Below, piece by piece: positions 1-10,155 of a stretch of DNA of 45,130 nt (positions within the stretch are counted from its first letter, which is position 1; the number at the start of each line of letters is the position of its first letter). The position numbers and the translations under genes were made by a program. The notes under the pieces were generated by a model that worked only from the letters and a program-made list of their open reading frames with translations, was not told the origin of the DNA and ran no database searches. The stretch lies in sequence record SRR2962707_5026; one strand, written 5' to 3'.

Positions 1-1
1 A

Positions 2-484
2 ATGAGCGAGTCGAAATACTTTCAGGATCATATGCCGGAAAATGTGTGCTTTGGATGTGGTCACAACCATGAGGGTTTGCAGATCAAAAGCTATTGGGAT
101 GGAGAAGAGGCTGTTTGCGATTGGTCTTCAGAGGAAAAGTACCATGGCTGGAGCGACCTCATGAACGGAGGTATTATCGCTACCCTGATCGACTGTCATT
201 GTATGGGCACAGCGATGGCGGATGCATACAAGCGTGAAAATCGCTCGCTGAATACTGATCCCGAGTACCGATATGCAACGGGTACTATCACAGTAAAATA
301 CCTGAAACCAACCCCGAATACAGAGGTTCAATTAAGAGCCAAAGTCATAGAAGTGAAAGGTAGAAAAACAGTGCTCAAGTGTGATTTCTATTCAAAAGAT
401 GGTGAAAAAACAGCGGAAGCAGATGTTGTTGCCATCCGGGTTTTTGATAGCAGTGTAGGCAGTGATACGCCTTTCAAAAGTTAA
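2..484 (+). CDS. PaaI-family (HotDog fold) thioesterase
   Basis: N-terminal NVCFGCG, HG...MNGGIIATLID active-site helix, ITVKYLKPTP strand; start lies at window edge. Confidence 0.85.
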   Translation: MSESKYFQDHMPENVCFGCGHNHEGLQIKSYWDGEEAVCDWSSEEKYHGWSDLMNGGIIATLIDCHCMGTAMADAYKRENRSLNTDPEYRYATGTITVKYLKPTPNTEVQLRAKVIEVKGRKTVLKCDFYSKDGEKTAEADVVAIRVFDSSVGSDTPFKS

Positions 485-879
485 TCAGCTGGCTCAAAAA
501 GCAATTCTATTCTTGCAAAATTGGTGCTGCTGCTATTTGGCACACCCGTCAAAGTGATCTTGACGTTTTCTCTGACCACCTCATTCTTGTATTCAGTGTT
601 CGAAAGGCTGCCGATTCCAATGTGGGCTACCGTTCCCTCAATTAGTAATTTGGCTACAAATCGTCCTGCCCAGATGCAAACAACATCCTCCGGGCACAAT
701 GAATTTTCTACAACATCCACGAAGGTAATGCGCCATTGATCTGGGCCGACATCCAAAATGGCAGACTGACTAAACATGAGCTCAACCGTATCTCCGAGTT
801 GAACTTCCGGTGTATCTCGCTCTTCCTTGCATCCTACAAGTATGGCCAGTACGATCAATATGTTGAAGATGGTTTTCAT
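481..879 (-). CDS. Hypothetical lipoprotein
   Basis: Lipobox ILVG-C after hydrophobic signal; CPEDVVCIWAG two-Cys motif. Confidence 0.75.
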   Translation of the reverse strand: MKTIFNILIVLAILVGCKEERDTPEVQLGDTVELMFSQSAILDVGPDQWRITFVDVVENSLCPEDVVCIWAGRFVAKLLIEGTVAHIGIGSLSNTEYKNEVVRENVKITLTGVPNSSSTNFARIELLFEPAD

Positions 880-888
880 TTCTTTACT

Positions 889-920
889 AATACAATCAAC
901 GAATCATTTCCCCTACATCC
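889..920 (-). promoter_or_regulatory. Possible ECF-sigma-type promoter for the lipoprotein gene
   Basis: Minus strand GGATGTAGG-N17-TGTATT just upstream of the ATG at 879; pattern match only. Confidence 0.3.
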
Positions 921-965
921 AATACGTGGTGTAAAAGTTATAATTTAGACTAACGAACAATTGAT

Positions 966-1745
966 ATGCATCCGGAATTATTCAGCATCGGCGATTTTAC
1001 CATCCATGTTTATGGATTTATGATCATGATGGGGGCGACCCTCGCTTTCATTTACATGAGTCATTCAGTGAAAAAGGATTTGGGCATAGAAAAGGAGAAG
1101 ATCCAAAATCTGGCTATTCTGATCATCATCTCTGCCTTTGTGGGCGGTAAACTCTTATTTTACCTAGAGGATCCATCCTACTATTTCAGTTCGTTTGCCA
1201 ACTTGAAAAAGAACTTTCGGACAGGATTCGTTTTTTACGGGTCTTTGTTGTTTGCTGTGCCAATTGCTATTTGGTATTTCAGAAAAGAACAATGGCCTGT
1301 TTGGGCCATGCTGGATCGGATCGCCATTGTCACCTGTATGATTCATGGCATGGGTCGGCTCGGATGTTTTTTTGCGGGTTGCTGCTATGGGGTCCCCACC
1401 GACCTGCCCTGGGGTATTACCTTCACCAATCCAGACTCACAAGCCGAGCCGCTCAACACTCCTTTGCATCCGACACAGCTCTATTCTGCTTTTCTCATCT
1501 TCGGCATTTTGGCCATCTTATTAATGTTCAGACGACACAAGCGATTTGAAGGACAGCTGTTCTTTATTTACATCATTTTGTATGCAACAGGCAGGGGCAT
1601 CATTGAGATTTTCCGGGGAGATGAAGCGCGTGGATATATAATTGACAATGTATTGTCACATTCCCAGTTCATCTCCATTGTTGTCATTTCTATCACCATT
1701 TGGGCATACCTGAAATTCAAAAAGAAGGCGGACTTTAAGAACTAG
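966..1745 (+). CDS. lgt: Prolipoprotein diacylglyceryl transferase
   Basis: HVYGFM, GFVFYG, GRLGCFFAGCCYG, HPTQLY, EIFRGD motifs; multiple TM helices. Confidence 0.93.
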   Translation: MHPELFSIGDFTIHVYGFMIMMGATLAFIYMSHSVKKDLGIEKEKIQNLAILIIISAFVGGKLLFYLEDPSYYFSSFANLKKNFRTGFVFYGSLLFAVPIAIWYFRKEQWPVWAMLDRIAIVTCMIHGMGRLGCFFAGCCYGVPTDLPWGITFTNPDSQAEPLNTPLHPTQLYSAFLIFGILAILLMFRRHKRFEGQLFFIYIILYATGRGIIEIFRGDEARGYIIDNVLSHSQFISIVVISITIWAYLKFKKKADFKN

Positions 1746-2616
1746 TCCTGATCTGCAATTTGTCCGGCAACACTTTAATGTGATAAGGTGGCTGGCCCAT
1801 ACGCTCGCCATCAATATGGGCAAAAAGCAACGGGTTTTCCTCCACTTTCACTTCTGTGGTTCGGTAAAAATTGACCGATTTCAATACACCATGTGAACCC
1901 TTCGACAAGCGATGGATATTCAAAAACCTTTTAAGACCTGAAAGCTTTCCAATTTCACACACCTCCAACATGCCATCATCCACTTTTGCCTCAGGCATCA
2001 GCTTGAATCCTCCCCCGAAAGTGGTGCCATTGCCAATGGTCAGGACAATCAGATTTTTAGCGATATGCTGCTCTCCAATTTTATAGACAAAGGACTTCTC
2101 TTTATATCCACCAAGAATCCGAAGCACATGATAGTAGTATGCCGCATGACCGGATAAAAGTGGGACACGCTTAGATGCCATGTCTTCCACAATCTGTCCG
2201 TCAAATCCAATGCCTACTCCATTCACAAAGAGACGATCGTTGCATTGACCCAGATCAATCCGCTGAATTGCACCATTCACTGCTGTTTCAAATTGTTGCT
2301 CTCTGGACTTTCCGATGGAAATATTCTTAATGAAATCGTTGCCTGTTCCGGCCGGTATTACCGACACAGGAATGTCATGTTTTAACCCATTGACAGATTC
2401 ATTGATAGTGCCATCACCACCAATGATGACCAGGTCTGTAAAGGATTGATCCAGTTTATCAGCGATGAGTTGGGTAGCTCCTTTGGTCTCGCGCGTATCG
2501 TGCACCTCGAAAGGATGTGTGTCAGCAAGGAAATGGACAAATTCGTTGACAATCGTTTTGCTTTTTCCTCCGGAAGCAGGGTTCCAGACGATGAATATTT
2601 TGCGAGCTTCAGACAA
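1735..2616 (-). CDS. Diacylglycerol/lipid kinase family (YegS/BmrU/DagK-like)
   Basis: NPASG, GGDGTINE, PAGTGNDF, GIGFDG, HIDGE motifs; TTG start. Confidence 0.92.
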   Translation of the reverse strand: MSEARKIFIVWNPASGGKSKTIVNEFVHFLADTHPFEVHDTRETKGATQLIADKLDQSFTDLVIIGGDGTINESVNGLKHDIPVSVIPAGTGNDFIKNISIGKSREQQFETAVNGAIQRIDLGQCNDRLFVNGVGIGFDGQIVEDMASKRVPLLSGHAAYYYHVLRILGGYKEKSFVYKIGEQHIAKNLIVLTIGNGTTFGGGFKLMPEAKVDDGMLEVCEIGKLSGLKRFLNIHRLSKGSHGVLKSVNFYRTTEVKVEENPLLFAHIDGERMGQPPYHIKVLPDKLQIRTSS

Positions 2617-2620
2617 GTGA

Positions 2621-3571
2621 TTAAAAAGGAAGTTTTGCCAAATCTACATTACCTCCGGTAAGGATAACACCAACTTTCTTCCCTTTGAATACATTTTTGT
2701 TTTTCAACACGGCAGCAAATGGAACGGCGCAAGAGGGTTCTATTACAATTTTCATCCGCTCCCACACCAACTTCATGGCTGCCACAATCTCTGTTTCAGA
2801 AACTGTGAACACCTCTTTTACATGTTCTTTCAAAATCTCAAAGTTCTTCTCACCTACGGTGGTCTTCAGACCGTCAGCTATGGTATTTGCAGATTTATTA
2901 GGAATGATTTTTCCGGCTTTTAATGATTGATAGGTATCATCGACTTCCTCTGGTTCTCCCAGGTAGATCTCCATTGCAGGATCAAGGTAATGGGACACAA
3001 GGGCGGTCCCTGCGGCCAATCCACCACCACCTACCGGGCAGATGATGCAGTCCAGGTCTTGGACGGTCTCCATGAGTTCTTTAGCCGCTGTGGCCTGACC
3101 AGCAATGATGTCGTAGCTGTTGAAAGGGTGAACCATGGTTGCTCCCGTTTTAGCCACCACCGCGTCACAGGTTTGTGTTCTTGATTCATCGTTTGGCTCA
3201 CAAAGCACCACTTCTGCATCATATCCTCTCACGGCATCAATTTTCACTTTCGTGGAATTCTTAGGCATGACGATGTACGCCTTGGTGCCTGCTAATTTGG
3301 ACGCCAGGGCAACTGCCTGTCCATGATTTCCGGATGAGTGACATGCAAATCCATTTACTCGCTCCTCAGGTGTGAAGCTGAAAATGGCATTGGCGGCCCC
3401 CCGCATTTTAAATGCTCCAACTTTTTGGAAATTCTCACATTTGAAAAACAACTCACACCCGGCCATCTCATCGATGTTGCCGGAGGTCATCACCGGGGTT
3501 TGGATAATGTACTTCGCAATACGCTGATGCGCCCGCTTAATATCGGATAAGGAAGGTATGGATTCTAACAC
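2621..3571 (-). CDS. PLP-dependent fold-type II serine racemase/dehydratase
   Basis: FKCENFQKVGAFKMRGA (PLP Lys), HSSGNHG, PVGGGGL, TIADGL, IEPS, TGGNVD; no ACT domain. Confidence 0.92.
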   Translation of the reverse strand: MLESIPSLSDIKRAHQRIAKYIIQTPVMTSGNIDEMAGCELFFKCENFQKVGAFKMRGAANAIFSFTPEERVNGFACHSSGNHGQAVALASKLAGTKAYIVMPKNSTKVKIDAVRGYDAEVVLCEPNDESRTQTCDAVVAKTGATMVHPFNSYDIIAGQATAAKELMETVQDLDCIICPVGGGGLAAGTALVSHYLDPAMEIYLGEPEEVDDTYQSLKAGKIIPNKSANTIADGLKTTVGEKNFEILKEHVKEVFTVSETEIVAAMKLVWERMKIVIEPSCAVPFAAVLKNKNVFKGKKVGVILTGGNVDLAKLPF

Positions 3572-3662
3572 ACACCAAAATTTGACAAAAAGAGGGAATA
3601 AACAAGCAGATTGGATTTAAGAAATTATGAATGGTTAAAATCCACTTTGGATTCTTCTAATT

Positions 3663-4391
3663 CTATCGTTTTCTAAACGACATCAAGAATTCTTCCAGTG
3701 AGTGCATGATTGGTCCATCACTTGTATCCTTTAGCTTAAGTCGGATGGAATCCCCATCGAGTGTTAGGAATTCCATTTCCAGAAAACCCATAGCTTCATT
3801 GTACAAGAAAGTGGCCTTTGTGCTACCAATCCGGGAAGTGGCCGTAGATTCAATGATCCAATAATCAAATTGGATTTTTTCTGATGAGGCCTTCTTTTGT
3901 TCGACGATCTTGTATTCAACATCCAAAAGCAAGCTTCCCGTCCAGCGTCCATCCGACCAGTAATCCCCCACTTTTAACTGGTCCTTCCAGGTAACACCCT
4001 CCTTCAAAGGAAAACTTACATAAGGGAAAGGGCATGTCTCAAGTACCTTGAAAAACCCACTTCTTGGCGGATGAAGCCATAGGTTTTCGGTATTTTCTAC
4101 AATCCCTGTGTTCTCATAAACGCCTAGATCAGGTAAATATGCAACAACTACTTCCGTCTGGCCTTTGTTGGTTCTTTTGGAATTCTTGACTGAAAGAACC
4201 GAATAGAGCAATTGGTTCGGTGCCTCAGAAGCTGCATCGGTTTCCACATCGTAAAGGAATGTTCTTCCCGGAACAAATAATTTGTTGTCTGCATCTGGAT
4301 CCTTCTTATCGCTGATGATAAGTGCATCGTAGGTTTGGGCCTGGATGGAGCAGAGGAAGAAAAAAGTAAGTATTGATAGGTATGTTTTCAT
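3663..4391 (-). CDS. Hypothetical secreted protein
   Basis: Signal peptide (…SIQA-Q); ATG at 4391 overlaps the polA stop (TGATG), preferred over the TTG at 4394; LWLHPPR...CPFPY motif. Confidence 0.7.
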   Translation of the reverse strand: MKTYLSILTFFFLCSIQAQTYDALIISDKKDPDADNKLFVPGRTFLYDVETDAASEAPNQLLYSVLSVKNSKRTNKGQTEVVVAYLPDLGVYENTGIVENTENLWLHPPRSGFFKVLETCPFPYVSFPLKEGVTWKDQLKVGDYWSDGRWTGSLLLDVEYKIVEQKKASSEKIQFDYWIIESTATSRIGSTKATFLYNEAMGFLEMEFLTLDGDSIRLKLKDTSDGPIMHSLEEFLMSFRKR

Positions 4392-7177
4392 CAATGTGCC
4401 TGTAACCAGTTATCACCTACACCAATTCCGATCTCCATGGGAACTTCCAGTGGATGTGCCTCTTTCATGAAGGACTCCACCTTCGACATCAGCAATTCCT
4501 GCTCGTCTTTGTGCATGTCAAACACCAATTCATCGTGTACCTGCATAATCATTTTCGACTTCAGCTTTTCCTGCTTCATCCATTTATGAATGTCGATCAT
4601 TGCAATCTTGATGATGTCTGCCGCGCTCCCCTGAATAGGTGCGTTGATGGCATTTCGTTCATCAAAACCACGCATGGTAAAGTTTCTTGAGTTGATATTT
4701 CGAAGGAATCTTCTTCTTCCAAGAATGGTCTCCACGTATTCGTCTTTCCTTGCCTTTTCAATGGTTTCGTCCATGTATTTTTTCACATTCGGAAACTCCT
4801 TGAAATACGAATCGATGATTTCCTGAGCTTCTCCACGTGGTATGTTGAGGTTTTGCGAAAGCCCAAATGCAGAGATGCCATAGATAATGCCAAAGTTGAC
4901 TTCCTTGGCCTTACGTCGCATGTTGGGTTCTACATTATCCAAGTCCACACCGAATACTTTTGCCGCTGTGTTGGCATGGATATCCCTTCCGTCTTTGAAT
5001 GCCTGCACCATGCTTTCATCCTTCGAAAAAGATGCCATAATCCTTAACTCAATCTGCGAATAGTCAGCAGCCATGATCAGGTGATGGTCGTCTTTGGCCA
5101 CAAATGCTTTTCGAATTTCGCGTCCTTTCTCTGTTCGGATCGGTATGTTCTGCAGATTCGGGTTGTTGGAGCTAAGCCTTCCAGTAGCCGCCACTGTCTG
5201 ACGATAATCTGTATGGATTCTATTGTCAGCAGGACTTATCAATTTGGGTAAAGCGTCCACATAAGTGGATTTCAGTTTTTGATACTCCCTGAATTCAAGA
5301 ATCTTCGCCGCAATCGGGTGTTCGTTGGCCAGCTTGGATAGAATGTCTTCCCCTGTGGCATATTGGCCCGTCTTCGTCTTCTTAGGTTTTTCAACCAATT
5401 TCAGCTTATCGAACAGTATTTCACCTAATTGCTTTGGGGAACCAATGTTGAATTCCACTCCTGCAATCTTGAAGATTTCGTCCTGTGCCTTTCTGCTTTC
5501 CTCATCCAGCTCTTTCGACATTTTTTCAAGTGAATCGGTATCAACCTTCACTCCTTCGTACTCCATGTCTGCAAGCACGAATGAGAGTGGCTCCTCTACA
5601 TCATGAAGCAGCTTTTCTAGCTTGCTTTCGGCAATTTCCTTCTCAAATGTGTCTTTCAATTGCAGCGTGATGTCGGCATCCTCACAGGCATAGTCAGAAA
5701 CTTTTTCTGGTTCTATCTGATCGATGGTTTTCTGGTTTTTCCCTTTTGGCCCTACGAGTGATTCAAAGGAAATGGTCTTGTAGTTGAGGTATTTATCTGC
5801 CAGCTGATCCATGCCGTTAGCGGATTCCGGATCCATGAGGAAGTGTGCGAGCATGGTGTCGAAAATGGGGCCGCTGACATGTACATCATAGTTTCGCATC
5901 ACCTGGATGTCGTACTTCAGGTTTTGGCCGATCTTTCTGATTTTATCATTTTCCAACACCGACTTGAAAATATTGGCTACCTCCTGGGCATTGTCCTGAC
6001 ATGGGACATACCAAGCCTCCCCTTTATTAATGGCAAAAGCGATACCTACTAAGGCTGCCTCACGTGTCTCAAGGCTGGTTGTTTCCGTATCGAAGCAGAA
6101 TGCAGGTTTTTCTCCCAGCTTTTTAGCTAGTTTTTCCATTTCAGAAACCTCACTCACCAAATGATAAGTGTGTTTGGTTGAATCAATGGATTCTTTCCCA
6201 TTGGAAGTGGTGGCTGTTTCTGCTCCTCCACCAGTGTCAAAAAGACCCAATTGTGCGCTAGGAGCTCCTTTCCCAGACGATCCCCCTCCTTTGATGTCAT
6301 TCTCCTCCTGGAAGACCCTTCGCATGATCGTTCTAAACTCAAGTTCTTCGAAGATGGGCTTCAGAATATCTGCATTCGGATCGCCGTATTTCAGGTCTTC
6401 TTCGTGAAATTCGATAGGTGAATCAATCTTGATGGTTGCTAAGTCCTTAGACATGATCCCTTGCTGTCCATGCTCCTGTACACGCTGCTGAAGGGCTCCT
6501 TTCAGCTCATCTACGTGGGCCACAATGTTTTCTACTGATCCGTATTCCTTGAGCAACTTCGAGGCAGTTTTATCGCCAACACCGGGAATGCCGGGAATGT
6601 TATCTACAGAGTCCCCTTTCAATCCAAGTACATCCCGAACCTGATCCACTTTGTCGATATCGAACTTCGCCAGCACTTCAGGGATACCCATGATCTCCAC
6701 ACCATTGCCCATTCTGGCCGGTTTGAAAAGAGAGATGTTTTCGTCTACCAGCTGCGCAAAATCTTTGTCTGGTGTCATCATGAACACCTTGAATCCTTCC
6801 GCTCCTGCTTTTTTTGCAATCGTCCCGATCAGGTCGTCTGCCTCAAAACCGTCCTTCATAAGAATGGGTATGTTGAAGCCTTCCACGATTTTCTTGCAGT
6901 ACGGAATAGCTATCTTGATCTCCTCGGGTGTTGCCTGTCGAGTGGCTTTGTATTCTTTGAATTCTTCGTGTCTAAACGTTGGTGCATCCGTATCGAAGGC
7001 CACACCGATATGGGTCGGTTTTTCTTTGGTAATGATTTCCAAAAGGGAATTGGTAAATCCAAGGATAGCACCGGTATTTATTCCGTTCGTGGTGAGTCTT
7101 GGGTTCTGGCTGAGGGCAAAGTGCGCACGATAGATCAGCGCGTACGCGTCAAGGAGAAAGAGTTTCTTTTCGGACAT
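4391..7177 (-). CDS. polA: DNA polymerase I
   Basis: 5'-3' exo (LLDAYALIYRA, EADD, GDSVDNIPG), 3'-5' exo (FDTETT, YACEDAD), polymerase motifs (TGRLSSNNPNLQNIP, ADYSQIELR, KEVNFGIIYG, QVHDEL). Confidence 0.99.
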   Translation of the reverse strand: MSEKKLFLLDAYALIYRAHFALSQNPRLTTNGINTGAILGFTNSLLEIITKEKPTHIGVAFDTDAPTFRHEEFKEYKATRQATPEEIKIAIPYCKKIVEGFNIPILMKDGFEADDLIGTIAKKAGAEGFKVFMMTPDKDFAQLVDENISLFKPARMGNGVEIMGIPEVLAKFDIDKVDQVRDVLGLKGDSVDNIPGIPGVGDKTASKLLKEYGSVENIVAHVDELKGALQQRVQEHGQQGIMSKDLATIKIDSPIEFHEEDLKYGDPNADILKPIFEELEFRTIMRRVFQEENDIKGGGSSGKGAPSAQLGLFDTGGGAETATTSNGKESIDSTKHTYHLVSEVSEMEKLAKKLGEKPAFCFDTETTSLETREAALVGIAFAINKGEAWYVPCQDNAQEVANIFKSVLENDKIRKIGQNLKYDIQVMRNYDVHVSGPIFDTMLAHFLMDPESANGMDQLADKYLNYKTISFESLVGPKGKNQKTIDQIEPEKVSDYACEDADITLQLKDTFEKEIAESKLEKLLHDVEEPLSFVLADMEYEGVKVDTDSLEKMSKELDEESRKAQDEIFKIAGVEFNIGSPKQLGEILFDKLKLVEKPKKTKTGQYATGEDILSKLANEHPIAAKILEFREYQKLKSTYVDALPKLISPADNRIHTDYRQTVAATGRLSSNNPNLQNIPIRTEKGREIRKAFVAKDDHHLIMAADYSQIELRIMASFSKDESMVQAFKDGRDIHANTAAKVFGVDLDNVEPNMRRKAKEVNFGIIYGISAFGLSQNLNIPRGEAQEIIDSYFKEFPNVKKYMDETIEKARKDEYVETILGRRRFLRNINSRNFTMRGFDERNAINAPIQGSAADIIKIAMIDIHKWMKQEKLKSKMIMQVHDELVFDMHKDEQELLMSKVESFMKEAHPLEVPMEIGIGVGDNWLQAH

Positions 7178-7425
7178 GAGGTAAAAATAGTGATTGGTTG
7201 ATTAGTGAATTTGATGATAGAAGAATTTGATGGTTATGGATGAATCTTTTTTATTTTTCATCAAAAGATCCAAGATCCTTTGCTCCAGACATCAAGAAAT
7301 ATCACCTCGATCAATCACCTGAAATTCCGTTGATCTGTGATGGGATTTTGGGGATAAATCAACAGCTCTGATACTGAGTGTTCGCCTTGACCAGAGGTAT
7401 TCAATGAGATTACAAAAATCCGGTG

Positions 7426-7473
7426 AAAAGAAAAGGTGTACTCGAGCGATTAACCTAACCACTGAAGTACACC
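7426..7473 (-). terminator. Long-stem intrinsic terminator after permease 1
   Basis: Minus strand GGTGTACT-TC-AGTGGTTA-GGT-TAATCGCT-CG-AGTACACC then TTTTCTTTT, 10 bp after the stop at 7483. Confidence 0.75.
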
Positions 7474-7482
7474 CTTAATTTT

Positions 7483-10152
7483 TTACTCATACCTCAGCGC
7501 TTTCACCGGATTGGTTCTGGCAGTGGCCAGTGTCTTATATCCCACCGCAATAAATGCGATTATCAAAACAAGTATCGCCGCGATCAGGAATACTGGAATT
7601 CCAATGGCCACCCTGCTGGAGAAGTTATCCAGCCAGCCATCCATGATGAAATAGACGATTGGCCAGGATATGATATTCCCAATTAGAATAAGGATCATGA
7701 ATTCTTTGGATAGGATCATTACGATCTGAGATATATCAGCTCCGAGCACCTTGCGTATGCCAATCTCTTTTGTCCTTTGTAAGGCACTGAATGATGTAAG
7801 ACCGAACAATCCAAGACATGCCACAATGATGGCAAATACTGCAAACAGCGTGAATGTCTGGCTGAAATTCTGCTCATTCACATATTGCTTGTTGTAAAAC
7901 TCGTCGAGGAAGAAAGTGTCAAAGGGTGAACCGGGGAAGAATTCATCAAACGAAGTTTTGATCTCATCGTAGGCCTGCTGATAGTCATTTGAATTCAGCC
8001 GGACGGTAATGAATCCGGAAACACTCTCAACAAGTGGAAATACAAGTGGATTAATGCTGTTTTTCAGTGACAATTGCTGGTAATTGTCTACGACTCCAAT
8101 GATAGTTCGTTCATCGTTTCCGACTCTTATTTTCACTCCGATAGCCTCTTCAGGAGACGCTATTTTAAGGGACTCCATAGCAGCATAATTTATGAGAATG
8201 TTGGCTGTGTCGGTTGTTACCTGTGGATCATAATTGCGCCCCGCCAAAATATCAATCTCAAGTGTTGGAAAGTAATCGTGATCAACACCAACCAGGTATG
8301 AAATGAAATTCTTGTCCGGTGTATCCGATACTTTACGCATTCCCCTGGTCCAGAAGATTTCATCTCCCGGTACATTGGAGCTGCCCGTGACACCTGTCAC
8401 CATAGTTCGTGATTCCAGATCATCCATGAACGAAATAAGTCGTGTAGCAAAAGTTGAATCTGCGGAATTCGGACCTCTCATGACGAACGTATCGGTCATT
8501 TCAAATCCAAGATCCAGTTTCTTCATGTGACTTAGTTGCTGATACACAATGATGGTACCGGCGATGAGCGTAACAGAAGCGGCAAATTGGAAAATAACCA
8601 ATCCTCTTCTCAAGAATATACCCGAGTGATTGGTCGTAAGTTTGCCTTTCAACACCTGAATGGGTCTGAAAGAGGAAAGGACGAAGGCCGGATATAGACC
8701 AGAGAGCAATGAGCCGCCTATTAACACACCCGCTACTGCCAGCCAAAAGAGCGGCTGAAGAAAGAAATTTCGGCTGATTGCCGAGTCAACCATCTGACTG
8801 AAAATCGGTGTAAACAAAACAACAATGCCAATGGCGATGGAGAGGGCCAGAAAATTCAGCACAAATGATTCTGTCAAAAATTGATAAACCAATTGTCGCT
8901 TAAAGGCTCCCATGGATTTTCTTACCCCGACTTCCTTAGCTCGTTCAAGTGATTTGGCTGTAGAAAGATTGATGTAGTTGATCCAGGCAATGAGTAAGAT
9001 GAATGCAGAGATCATCCCGAGAAAGAAGACTGTATCGCCATCGCCTTGTTCTTGCGGTTCAGACTCTTGCAGGAGATTGGAATACAAATGAATATCCGTG
9101 ATCGGCTGGAGCGGAAAGTCTGCCCTGTAGTCGTATTTTTCAAAGCTTTCACCTCTTTCTTCATACAGCACATCGGCAAACTTTTCATCAAATGCTTTAG
9201 GATCCGTTCCTTCTTTTAGCAGGACGTAGGTGTTAAAATCATACCAACCCCAGTTAGTTTCTGATGAGGACGAACCATCGTCGTTTCTTGTTTGATTATT
9301 AAGTGTTTCGTACGAAACCAACACATTGTATTTCAAGTGTGAATTGTCCGGAACGTCAGCTGTAATCCCGGAAATTTCATAGTTACCGCTCAGCCAGGCG
9401 TGCATTTCAAGAGATTCTCCTATCACATCGGTTCGGCCAAAATATTTCATGGCCGTGCTCTCTGTAATTACGATCTTGTTTGGCTCAGCTAAGGCCGTTT
9501 CAGGGTCTCCCTGAAGCAGTGGGTAATCAAATATTTTAAGGAAAGAAGGATCAGCTACCTGGACCCTCTTCTCCCGGTACTGAATATTTTCCCTTTCAAA
9601 AATGACCTCCATGGGATAAGCCCTCGCAAAGTCAACTACCTCCGGCATATTCTCTTTCATGAAAGGCCCAACTCGCGGCACAGCAGCTGCACAGTCTATG
9701 TTCAGCTCACCAGACCGGTAGACCATGTATTTGACCCGGTAGATGTCTTTGTGTTTTGAATGGAACTTGTCGTAGCTGTATTCATAGTCCACGTATTGGA
9801 TGATGAAAAGACAGGCTGCCATCCCTAGTGCCAGACCTAAAATATTTAATGCCGAGTAAACTTTGTTCTTCGAAAGTGTCCTGAAAGTTGTTTTGATATA
9901 GTTTTTAAACATAGCTCCTGAGTTTATTTGAGTGACCTTTTTTCTTTTTCTTAAGTTGTAGTTTCTGATGGACAACAAAACATCCTTGAAGTAATGCAAG
10001 CGTGCCCTTGTTAAGCCCTTACTCTCCACACGATCCTGAAACATTTCCTGCAAGTCACCATGCACCTCATCGAGCAGCTCGTTGCTGTAAATGAGGCGAA
10101 GTAGCCTGGTTCCAAGCTTTGGAGGGTTGATATGTTTCTCTCCCTGCTCCAC
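7483..10152 (-). CDS. MacB/FtsX-type duplicated ABC permease with N-terminal prefix domain (copy 1)
   Basis: Prefix PPK...GDLQEMF; MFKNY at aa 81; two RAKEVGVRK/RTKEIGIRKVLGA motifs; C-terminal NPVKALRYE. Confidence 0.93.
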   Translation of the reverse strand: MEQGEKHINPPKLGTRLLRLIYSNELLDEVHGDLQEMFQDRVESKGLTRARLHYFKDVLLSIRNYNLRKRKKVTQINSGAMFKNYIKTTFRTLSKNKVYSALNILGLALGMAACLFIIQYVDYEYSYDKFHSKHKDIYRVKYMVYRSGELNIDCAAAVPRVGPFMKENMPEVVDFARAYPMEVIFERENIQYREKRVQVADPSFLKIFDYPLLQGDPETALAEPNKIVITESTAMKYFGRTDVIGESLEMHAWLSGNYEISGITADVPDNSHLKYNVLVSYETLNNQTRNDDGSSSSETNWGWYDFNTYVLLKEGTDPKAFDEKFADVLYEERGESFEKYDYRADFPLQPITDIHLYSNLLQESEPQEQGDGDTVFFLGMISAFILLIAWINYINLSTAKSLERAKEVGVRKSMGAFKRQLVYQFLTESFVLNFLALSIAIGIVVLFTPIFSQMVDSAISRNFFLQPLFWLAVAGVLIGGSLLSGLYPAFVLSSFRPIQVLKGKLTTNHSGIFLRRGLVIFQFAASVTLIAGTIIVYQQLSHMKKLDLGFEMTDTFVMRGPNSADSTFATRLISFMDDLESRTMVTGVTGSSNVPGDEIFWTRGMRKVSDTPDKNFISYLVGVDHDYFPTLEIDILAGRNYDPQVTTDTANILINYAAMESLKIASPEEAIGVKIRVGNDERTIIGVVDNYQQLSLKNSINPLVFPLVESVSGFITVRLNSNDYQQAYDEIKTSFDEFFPGSPFDTFFLDEFYNKQYVNEQNFSQTFTLFAVFAIIVACLGLFGLTSFSALQRTKEIGIRKVLGADISQIVMILSKEFMILILIGNIISWPIVYFIMDGWLDNFSSRVAIGIPVFLIAAILVLIIAFIAVGYKTLATARTNPVKALRYE

Positions 10153-10155
10153 TTA

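Noticed and set aside
1735-1745. Convergent overlap of lgt and the lipid kinase (also 481-484 and the abutting stops at 33699/33700)
   Set aside because: Short tail-to-tail overlaps are common in compact genomes; no evidence of regulatory meaning
6651-7133. 160-aa ORF antisense to polA, and similar shadow ORFs (e.g. 27074-27460, 28056-28445, 30927-31355, 32143-32658)
   Set aside because: Fully nested opposite well-supported genes, with no recognisable motifs; expected antisense artefacts
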